A DNA stretch of 43,133 nucleotides from Dehalococcoidia bacterium LH_S1 (GTDB taxonomy: Bacteria > Chloroflexota > Dehalococcoidia > SZUA-161 > SpSt-899), in contig JAGXOF010000001.1 of assembly GCA_023660035.1 (NCBI GenBank), positions 1 to 43,133 on the forward strand, written 5' to 3'. Under the pieces are notes generated by a model. The model ran no database searches. It was not told the origin of the DNA and saw only the letters and a list, made by a program, of their open reading frames with translations. This document shows, in pieces, positions 1-7,186 of the stretch. How positions within the stretch are numbered: position 1 is the first letter of the stretch; the number at the start of each line of letters is the position of its first letter. A program made the translations under genes and the position numbers.

Positions 1-63
1 ACCCTCAAAGTCCAGTTTTCAAGCAGAAACAGTCCAGTTTTCAGCTGTAGATAACAAGCCGAT

Positions 64-729
64 GTGGTGGTGACTGGGTTTAGTCACCTGGAAGGAGTCG
101 AGTCTGTAGCCCAAGAAATAAAGGCCATGGGCCGAAAGTCAATGGCAGTTAAGATAAACGGAAGGGACTATGAGGACGTACAGCGAGCATTTGCTGATAT
201 AAAAAATGGGCTAGGTTCTGTAGATATCCTTGTGAACAATGCGGCTCAAATGCGCCGTATGGTGTCTATCGCCAAAACTACCATAGAAGATTGGGATGCC
301 GAGGTTAAACTATGCCTGAACTCCGCATTTTACTGCATTAAAGAAGCTTGGCCGGATATGCGCGCGAACAAATGGGGCCGCATCGTTAATATGACGTCCG
401 TGGCAGGTGTCCTCGGCGGTAACGGACAGAGTGGTTACAGTGCTGCCAAAGCTGGGCTCATCGGTCTGGCAAAGTCGACAGCATTGGAAGGCGGCCGGTT
501 CAATATAACTGCAAATTGTGTCCTGATAGGAATAGCCTCAACTGAAGCATATGATGAACCAATCCCGGCAGACCTCCGCGAAAAGCTTGAGAAACAAACA
601 GTTATCGGCAGGCCTGCGAACCCCGAGGAAATCGCCAACGCAGTTGCCTTTGCAGTATCAGATGAGTCGCAGTACATGACCGGCGCAGTGGTAAATATGG
701 TAGGCGGCCTTGATTTATGGACAATGTAA
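64..729 (+). CDS. SDR-family oxidoreductase (FabG-like), apparently 5'-truncated and lacking the N-terminal Rossmann Gly-motif
   Basis: The ORF begins VVVTGFS...LVNNAAQ and carries the SDR catalytic YSAAK plus the C-terminal 'MTGAVVNMVGG'. About 30 residues with the TGxxxGIG motif are absent. There is an in-frame TAA at 52-54, and no other upstream frame looks SDR-like. Confidence 0.6.
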   Translation: MVVTGFSHLEGVESVAQEIKAMGRKSMAVKINGRDYEDVQRAFADIKNGLGSVDILVNNAAQMRRMVSIAKTTIEDWDAEVKLCLNSAFYCIKEAWPDMRANKWGRIVNMTSVAGVLGGNGQSGYSAAKAGLIGLAKSTALEGGRFNITANCVLIGIASTEAYDEPIPADLREKLEKQTVIGRPANPEEIANAVAFAVSDESQYMTGAVVNMVGGLDLWTM

Positions 730-782
730 GAAGTGAAATTCATCTTTTTTATCAGTACATTAAACAACGCTCGTCAGTAGAT

Positions 783-812
783 TTGTTGAACACAAACCAA
801 ATATGATAAAAT
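783..812 (+). promoter_or_regulatory. Candidate sigma70-type promoter for the pyr leader (TTGTTG - 18 nt - TG-n-TAAAAT, extended -10)
   Basis: Hexamers were read directly: TTGTTG at 783-788, TG at 804-805, TAAAAT at 807-812. Confidence 0.35.
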
Positions 813-874
813 GAGGCAACTAAAGGCTGAGAGTGTTCTGCTTTAGTTAGAGACGGAGACGGCGACTGTAATAC

Positions 875-1005
875 CTTTAAGCTGGTTCCGAGAGGCCGCA
901 AGGGAAGTCGAGAACTTCAACAGCCAGGATATCGCTAACAAAAAGGCTAATCGCTGGCTGTAATTAGACATTCCTCTTGCTGGAGACCAGCGGGGGGTTC
1001 TTTTT
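875..1005 (+). promoter_or_regulatory. PyrR-binding leader / transcription attenuator upstream of pyrR-pyrB
   Basis: GGUUCCGAGAGGCC (884-897) resembles the PyrR binding-loop consensus (A/G)RUCCAGAGAGG(C/U)U. A terminator-like hairpin CUCUUGCUGG-AGA-CCAGCGGGGG (about 973-997, includes G-U pairs) is followed by UUCUUUUU just before the pyrR ATG. Confidence 0.55.
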
Positions 1006-1008
1006 ATT

Positions 1009-1569
1009 ATGTCTGAAACTGTCATTTTGTCAGAGAAGGACATCTCCCGAACGCTTACGCGTCTTGCTCATGAGATAGGGGAGAGGAATCATGATTCAGA
1101 TGCCCTTCTTCTCATCGGCATACGCACCCGCGGCATCCCGCTCGCACACAGAGTCGCGGCACTCATAGGCAAGATGAAGAATCAAAAGGTCCCCCTCGCT
1201 TCCATCGATTTTACGCTTTACCGGGATGACCTCTACATCACGGATGATCTGATTGTAGAGCCCAGCGATATCCCTGCACAAGTCATGGACAAGGACGTGG
1301 TCCTGGTAGATGATGTGCTATTTACGGGCCGAAGCGTCCGCGCCGCTATTGATGCCCTCCTGGACTGGGGCAGACCAAACTCAGTTGAGCTGGCAGTACT
1401 TGTGGACCGCGGACACCGTGAAATGCCTATAAAAGCGGATTTCGTAGGCAAGAATATCCCCTCTTCGACCCAAGAGAGAGTACAGGTCAGGCTCAAGGAA
1501 GTGGATGGCAAAGATGAGGTTGTTCTTATAAAGGAACACACACTTGCCGGGAAGGGTAATGATAAATGA
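1009..1569 (+). CDS. pyrR: Bifunctional pyrimidine operon regulator / uracil phosphoribosyltransferase PyrR
   Basis: 186 aa. It has the PRTase motif VVLVDDVLFTGRS and the typical PyrR N-terminus (ILSEKDISRTLTRLAHEI). It sits directly upstream of and overlapping pyrB (ATGA overlap at 1566-1569). Confidence 0.95.
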   Translation: MSETVILSEKDISRTLTRLAHEIGERNHDSDALLLIGIRTRGIPLAHRVAALIGKMKNQKVPLASIDFTLYRDDLYITDDLIVEPSDIPAQVMDKDVVLVDDVLFTGRSVRAAIDALLDWGRPNSVELAVLVDRGHREMPIKADFVGKNIPSSTQERVQVRLKEVDGKDEVVLIKEHTLAGKGNDK

Positions 1570-2765
1570 CGCTTACCGGACGACACCTTATCTCCATTAA
1601 TGATTTATCCAATGAGGAGATAGAACTGGTCATTGAGATTGCAGACCAGATGCATTCTGCACTTGAGAGGAAGGAACAGCTTCACTATTGTGATGGGAAG
1701 GAATTATATACCATCTTCTATGAGGCAAGTACCCGGACCAGAAGCTCCTTTGAGACCGCCATGCATCGGCTTGGGGGCACAGTTGTTAGCCATGCAGAAG
1801 CGCAGACAACTTCCTCTGTAGCCAAAGGTGAGAACATCGCTGATACCGTGAGAGTGCTGGAGAAATATGCCGATATCATGGTAATGCGACATCCTCTTGA
1901 TGGCTCTACGAGACTGGCAGCAGACCACTCTCAGATTCCTATAATAAGCGGCGGTGATGGTAGCCACGAACATCCTACCCAGACGCTTCTTGACCTCTAT
2001 ACAATCAAGGAAGAAAAAGGCAATATCAAGGGTATGAATGTGGCTCTGTGTGGAGACCTGCGCCACGGCAGGACTGTCCATTCGCTGGCAGTGGCTTTGG
2101 CCAGGTTCGGGGCGGAAATAACCTGCATAGCCCCTGAGGGTTTTGAACTCCCGGACCACATCCGCAACGCGCTCAAAGACTACAAGTGCAAATTGACGGA
2201 ATATAAATCTCTTGAGGATGTAGATTCAGAGGGATCGCTGGCAATCCATCATTCCAAAGGCAAGGAACGGCACCAGGAAGGATTTATGAATTTCCTGCTG
2301 GAGAGATTGGATGTGCTCTATTTCACCCGGCTCCAGCGAGAGAGGTTCAGTTCCCGAGAAGCTACAGAGACCGACCAGGAGAGCTATCGCATCAATAAAC
2401 AGCTATTAGCTATGTCCAGGGAAGACGCGGTTATTATGCATCCATTACCACGTATAAACGAGCTTGCATACGAGGTCGATCAGGATAAGCGCGCAGCCTA
2501 CTTCCGCCAAGCTGGATACGGCGTGCCAGTGAGAATGGCCTTGATTGCACTAATTTTGGGGGTGGTACAGGCTAAGCCAGTGAGAGGGGTGAGAACAGTT
2601 CCGGGTAAATTACCCGAGGAGATACCTGGAGTCACCTGTTCTAATGAGCACTGTGTTACCAATATAGAGGGCTACGCTACCCCCAAGTTCTACAGAGACC
2701 CTCATGACCCGCAGGCGCTGAAATGCTACTATTGCGACTGGGTAAATAAGCGAATCGACCAATAG
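1566..2765 (+). CDS. pyrB: Aspartate carbamoyltransferase catalytic chain (E. coli/archaeal class) fused C-terminally to a PyrI-type zinc domain
   Basis: Catalytic motifs are present: YEASTRTRSSFE, HPTQTLLDL, GDLRHGRTVHSL and HPLPR. The extra C-terminal roughly 65 aa contain LPEEIPGVTCSNEHC...LKCYYC, which parallels the PyrI Zn domain [16 protein letters not shown]...LKCKYC. Confidence 0.93.
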   Translation: MTLTGRHLISINDLSNEEIELVIEIADQMHSALERKEQLHYCDGKELYTIFYEASTRTRSSFETAMHRLGGTVVSHAEAQTTSSVAKGENIADTVRVLEKYADIMVMRHPLDGSTRLAADHSQIPIISGGDGSHEHPTQTLLDLYTIKEEKGNIKGMNVALCGDLRHGRTVHSLAVALARFGAEITCIAPEGFELPDHIRNALKDYKCKLTEYKSLEDVDSEGSLAIHHSKGKERHQEGFMNFLLERLDVLYFTRLQRERFSSREATETDQESYRINKQLLAMSREDAVIMHPLPRINELAYEVDQDKRAAYFRQAGYGVPVRMALIALILGVVQAKPVRGVRTVPGKLPEEIPGVTCSNEHCVTNIEGYATPKFYRDPHDPQALKCYYCDWVNKRIDQ

Positions 2766-2811
2766 GGGCAACACGGGAAGCAGCTTATATACTTTTTTTG
2801 AGGGGGGAAAC

Positions 2812-3504
2812 ATGGAGAGTAAGGCCCAGACCCGCGTCAGCGAACTACCCGAAGAGGAAAAGCCCCGCGAAAAGCTCAGAAAACACGGGCCAACATCCCT
2901 GAAAAACTACGAACTCATAGCGGTGATCCTGGGAAGGGGTACAAAGAAGGAAGATGTCCTTTCCGTCTCGCAACGGATCATGGCTCAATACGGCAATCAG
3001 GCAATCTTCTCCGAAGGGGATGTGGAAAAGCTGGAAGCAACCCAGGGACTCTCTCCAGTAAAAGCATGCCAGGTGGTAGCCTCGTTCGAGCTGGGCAGAA
3101 GGCTCTTCGAGAGGCAACATGAGCTTTTCTTGAGATCTCCGGAGGAGGTTTTCGAATATGTCAGGGGCATGACGAGACTTAAAAAGGAGCATCTCAGGGG
3201 GCTCTATCTTGACACCAGAAATAAGCTGTTAAAGGATGAGATCATCTCCATTGGAACACTCAATGAAAGCCTCGGAAGTCCACGCGAGGTATTTGCCCCG
3301 GCACTGCAAGCCCCTGCTGCAGCTATAATCCTCGTTCATAATCACCCTTCAGGCGACCCGTCACCCAGTAAAGATGATATAGAACTCACGAAGAGGGTCG
3401 TCCAAGCGGGTAAAATCCTTGAGATAGAAGTCCTCGACCACGTCATAATCGGGAATGAAAGATACACCAGCCTGAAGGAAAGAACGGATATCTGGCGAGA
3501 TTAG
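2812..3504 (+). CDS. radC: RadC-family (JAB/MPN domain) protein
   Basis: 230 aa with the JAMM motif HNHPSGDPSPSKDD and the N-terminal HhH-like region KPREKLRKHGPTSLKNYELIAVIL. A GAGGGGGG ribosome-binding site lies upstream. Confidence 0.9.
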   Translation: MESKAQTRVSELPEEEKPREKLRKHGPTSLKNYELIAVILGRGTKKEDVLSVSQRIMAQYGNQAIFSEGDVEKLEATQGLSPVKACQVVASFELGRRLFERQHELFLRSPEEVFEYVRGMTRLKKEHLRGLYLDTRNKLLKDEIISIGTLNESLGSPREVFAPALQAPAAAIILVHNHPSGDPSPSKDDIELTKRVVQAGKILEIEVLDHVIIGNERYTSLKERTDIWRD

Positions 3505-5240
3505 CGCTGCTTCTTCCATTCTTCCGCTCTCTCCAGCAACTCGCGAGCATTCTCCAGTGCAGTTTCCGTGTACTGAGGACCGGCCAGCATAGCAGCGAGT
3601 TCCGCCAGTCGGGGTTGATAGTCCAGGGATTCGAGAGTGCTCGAGGCCTGCGTATCAGACACCTCTTTCCGCACAGTATAGTGAGCGTCAGCAAAGGCAG
3701 CGATCTGTGGAAGATGGCTAATACAAATGACCTGGCGGTCACGGGCCAGGGTCCAGAGCTTCTTGCCAATCATCTCTCCTCCTCTCCCACCAACCCCAAT
3801 ATCCACCTCGTCGAAAACCAGCACTGGGGTGTTATCGGAGCGTGAGAGCGCCCCCTTTAAAGCCAGCATAAAACGTGATATTTCACCTGTGGAAGCGATC
3901 TTTGCCAGAGGCTTTAATGGTTCACCTGGATTAGTAGAGGCCACGAACTGCACGGAATCCCCACCGTCGCTGCTAAAATCATAGGACTTCCCATCGGGGA
4001 AAAGAAGTCCCTCCTCGTCAGGCTCCTGGGTTATCTCCACCTCAAACTCAACCTGAGAAAGGTTAAGCTCCTGAAGCTCCTTCCTGGTTTCCTCCGCCAG
4101 CGCGATCGCCGCCCGGCGGCGAACCCCAGAAAGTTGAGAAGCTATGTTTGCCATTTCCTGTTTTAATCGGGAATGCTCTTGCTCGAGCTCCGCCCGTCTC
4201 TCCGAACTGTGGGATATCCCTTCCAGTTCCTGCTTAGCTCGTTCCAGATGCTCCAAAATCCCCCCGATATTCTGGCCATATTTCCTTTTCAAATCTCTGA
4301 TAAGCTCCAGTCTCGACTGTATTTCCTCCAGCCGCTCCGGATTGTACTCCATCCCTTCACTGTAGGAACGAATATCCTGTGCTATATCCTCTACTTCATA
4401 TAAGGAGCTCTCAAGCCGGTCAAGTTTCTCCTTTGATCCCGGGTCCAGGTTTGCGAGTTCCTTCATCATGTCAAGTGCTTCGTTCAATCGATCCAATGCT
4501 GAAGAGCCCGAATTATCGACCCCATAAAGCTGATCATAAGCACCATTAGAAAGCGATTTCAGTTTCTCAACAGAGGAAAGTATATCCCGCTCCCTCTCCA
4601 ATTCTTCTTCTTCCCCTTCATACAAATTGGCACCTGTCATCTCATCGATCTGGAAACGTAAATAATCCTCACGCCTAGCCACGTCCTTTTCCTGATCCCG
4701 CAGCGACGCAAGCTCCTGCTCCATTCCATAGAGTTCCGAAGCCTTCGCAGCAAAATTCCGGCGGGTCTCCAGCATGCCGGCATACGCGTCCAGAAAATCG
4801 AGGTGTGAACGCTTATCCAGAAGGGAAAGGTGTTCACTTTGAGCATGGATATCGCTGAGAAAACGACCGATCTGTGCAAGAACTCCTCCTGACAGGGCCT
4901 GACCGTTCACCCGGGAGACGCTCCGTCCCTCCCTGCGCACCTCCCGGCTTAAGACGACGGTCCCTTCCTCTACCTCTACCCCCTTTTCTGAGAGAAACTC
5001 CCTAAGCCGGGGCACAGCATCTGTTTGGTGAATGAGAAATACACCCTCGATCTGAGCCTTGTCCGCACCGGACCGGACAACCATGTCATCGACCTTCTTG
5101 CCCAGGAGTATATCCATCGCCTCCACAACCAGCGACTTTCCAGCACCGGTCTCACCCGTAACCACGTTCAGTCCGGAGCCCAAACTCCAGTTAACCTCGC
5201 CAATGACACCGAGGTTTTTAACCTTCAGTTCCAGCAGCAA
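3501..5240 (-). CDS. recN: DNA repair protein RecN
   Basis: 579 aa with an N-terminal Walker A (GETGAGKS), a long coiled-coil middle, and C-terminal signature/Walker B motifs (SGGEISR-like 'STGEISRFMLALK', VLVFDEVDIG). Confidence 0.95.
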   Translation of the reverse strand: MLLELKVKNLGVIGEVNWSLGSGLNVVTGETGAGKSLVVEAMDILLGKKVDDMVVRSGADKAQIEGVFLIHQTDAVPRLREFLSEKGVEVEEGTVVLSREVRREGRSVSRVNGQALSGGVLAQIGRFLSDIHAQSEHLSLLDKRSHLDFLDAYAGMLETRRNFAAKASELYGMEQELASLRDQEKDVARREDYLRFQIDEMTGANLYEGEEEELERERDILSSVEKLKSLSNGAYDQLYGVDNSGSSALDRLNEALDMMKELANLDPGSKEKLDRLESSLYEVEDIAQDIRSYSEGMEYNPERLEEIQSRLELIRDLKRKYGQNIGGILEHLERAKQELEGISHSSERRAELEQEHSRLKQEMANIASQLSGVRRRAAIALAEETRKELQELNLSQVEFEVEITQEPDEEGLLFPDGKSYDFSSDGGDSVQFVASTNPGEPLKPLAKIASTGEISRFMLALKGALSRSDNTPVLVFDEVDIGVGGRGGEMIGKKLWTLARDRQVICISHLPQIAAFADAHYTVRKEVSDTQASSTLESLDYQPRLAELAAMLAGPQYTETALENARELLERAEEWKKQR

Positions 5241-5258
5241 TGACTGTCCTCCGTCCTT

Positions 5259-6308
5259 TTAACTCGATCTAGAAAACAAACCGAAATGAGAAAGGGTCAA
5301 CTCTGTACTACCTCTCAGCCCCATCTCAGTCATTGACCTTATGGAGACATAGCATTCCCCGCATGTGTTGCCCTTGCTGAAATTCCTGATCATGGATTCC
5401 CGTGAAAGGTACTTCACCTCGTTGTGCATGGCACAAGGCATGAAATAGCCATCAGGGGTTACAACCAGCGACTTTACTCCTGCCTTACAATTTGCAATAT
5501 AGCTCCCCTGGCGGAAGAATCGCAAGATGTTCTCAAGAACCACTGTGGGAGTCCGAATGGTTCCTTTTTCTTTTTTAAACCCTATAAGTTGACTGATCTG
5601 TTGCTCCAGTAAGTCAATATTTCCCGATACACAAAGTCCTTTATCATAAGTACGCAAGGAGCTGTATGCACTGTATGAAATGGAAACACCCCAATCCCTG
5701 GCCATCTGTGCCAGTGTAATCAAATCTCCAACATTCTCGCTCGTTATGGCTGTGTTCAGGACCACATCTCCATTCCCAAATGCTGCCAGCTTGGGCATAA
5801 GGCTCTCGATCCGGTAGAATAACCCCGGAATGCCTCTGAACTCATCATGCCTCTTGTCTGGGAAATCAATGGAGACGGAAAGCTGGTTTACCCCGCTTTC
5901 CTTTAAATTGACATAACGTTCTTCATCAAGGAGTGAACCATTTGTGACAAGTATGACAAAAGGGGCATGGTTCGATCCCTTAACCCCCTTTACTATCTGC
6001 TCAACATCTTCCCGCAGCAGAGGCTCACCGCCGGATATTTGGGAAAAAGGAGGTTTCAAGCCGGCTGCGATCTTCCCATATTCTGCAGGCTTTAAACGGA
6101 CCTCATCCTTCTTTATGCCGCCTTTATCACAGTGCTTGCACCTCGCGTTGCAGGAGTGCGTTATCTCAAAGGAAACACATATCGGCCTCTTGAGTATATT
6201 TGCCAGAGCCACTCTCCGAGCAATCTGCACCGACTCCTTGAATGAAACACTCATAACGTGTAAAAAGCTTACCTCATTTAACCCCGTTAAGGCAACCATC
6301 ATTGCCAT
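5259..6308 (-). CDS. Radical SAM protein with a C-terminal Cys-rich (SPASM/twitch-like) region; function unknown
   Basis: It has the CNARCKHC (CxxxCxxC) cluster, the GGEPLL motif, and C-terminal CKAG...PC...CGEC. It lies 18 nt upstream of recN on the same strand. The start is uncertain (M1, M3 or M19). Confidence 0.85.
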   Translation of the reverse strand: MAMMVALTGLNEVSFLHVMSVSFKESVQIARRVALANILKRPICVSFEITHSCNARCKHCDKGGIKKDEVRLKPAEYGKIAAGLKPPFSQISGGEPLLREDVEQIVKGVKGSNHAPFVILVTNGSLLDEERYVNLKESGVNQLSVSIDFPDKRHDEFRGIPGLFYRIESLMPKLAAFGNGDVVLNTAITSENVGDLITLAQMARDWGVSISYSAYSSLRTYDKGLCVSGNIDLLEQQISQLIGFKKEKGTIRTPTVVLENILRFFRQGSYIANCKAGVKSLVVTPDGYFMPCAMHNEVKYLSRESMIRNFSKGNTCGECYVSIRSMTEMGLRGSTELTLSHFGLFSRSS

Positions 6309-6309
6309 G

Positions 6310-6338
6310 ATTATACACGGTTACAGATATTCTCCCAA
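6310..6338 (-). promoter_or_regulatory. Candidate promoter TTGGGA-17-TATAAT abutting the radical-SAM start codon
   Basis: On the minus strand, TTGGGA (6338-6333), a 17-nt spacer and TATAAT (6315-6310) lie 1 nt before the ATG at 6308. Confidence 0.3.
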
Positions 6339-6511
6339 TTTTGAGAAGACAAAATAAAACCCGGTAAAAGGTGCCTATGCATACTTGATAGAACCATGCA
6401 GATGATTAATTACAACTAACAGGGATCACTAATATCCTCGATTCAAGCAGAAGGATATATCTCACTGCTTTTCCGAAAGCTGAGAAGTGTGGACTGAAAT
6501 CTAAACAGGCC

Positions 6512-6982
6512 TTAATGCTTATGGATAAGCAACTGCACACTCGACTCGAGGAGATTTCGGCAGAGTTTCTTTCTCCCCCATAGTATCCATTTATGGCCGG
6601 GGTGCAACCAGGCCCAGGGCAAAAAGGGTAAGGGGGTAATAACAAAGACATGTTCCGCTATACGGTGCAGTTCGCCCAAGGCAACATCGGGATCTTCCAC
6701 ATGCTCCAGGACGTGACTAGCATAAACTGCTCCAAATTGTTTATCGGTAAACATCTCCAGGTTCTGGATGTCACCCCGAACAAAGTGAGGAACATCCCTT
6801 GCCACTATATCAAGGTTGACATCGCTTGACTCAACATGGACTGACTTACAGCCCGCATTCAACAGTGGCTTGCCACAGGACTGAGCGGCCCTTTTTGCCT
6901 TACGAAAGACCAGTCCATTATAGCCGGATACTGCTAAAAGCCTGGCTAAGACCTCATATAGCCCACTTAACAAAACAGACAA
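6512..6982 (-). CDS. Small class I SAM-dependent methyltransferase (Methyltransf_11-like)
   Basis: 156 aa with a TTG start. It has LNAGCKS (motif I-like), NLDIV, and FGAVYASHVLEHVEDP (motif II/III-like). Confidence 0.7.
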   Translation of the reverse strand: MSVLLSGLYEVLARLLAVSGYNGLVFRKAKRAAQSCGKPLLNAGCKSVHVESSDVNLDIVARDVPHFVRGDIQNLEMFTDKQFGAVYASHVLEHVEDPDVALGELHRIAEHVFVITPLPFLPWAWLHPGHKWILWGRKKLCRNLLESSVQLLIHKH

Positions 6983-7186
6983 AAGATCAAACCTTCACAG
7001 AGTCTTTGCTACTCGCTAAGAATAGTCGCGAAAACCGGAGGCTATCCTCGCTTCGGTCAACTATCAAGCGTAGCAGTTGCTCGTGATAATGTCAATTTTG
7101 AGATGTGGGTTGTTAGGTTATGGCTTGTGGGCTAACAAGGGTAAATCCGCTTCCAGCAGGTGTCTGTAAACGAAAAATTTTAAATT

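Noticed and set aside
843-1043. A 66-aa minus-strand ORF
   Set aside because: It overlaps the structured pyr leader and the pyrR start, so it is antisense to a recognised RNA element.
5241-6511. LexA/SOS box (GAAC-N4-GTTC type) upstream of recN or its radical-SAM partner
   Set aside because: No such palindrome was seen in either upstream region. The only GAAC-N4-(C)TTC-like string I noticed is inside ilvE (about 33770) and is irrelevant.
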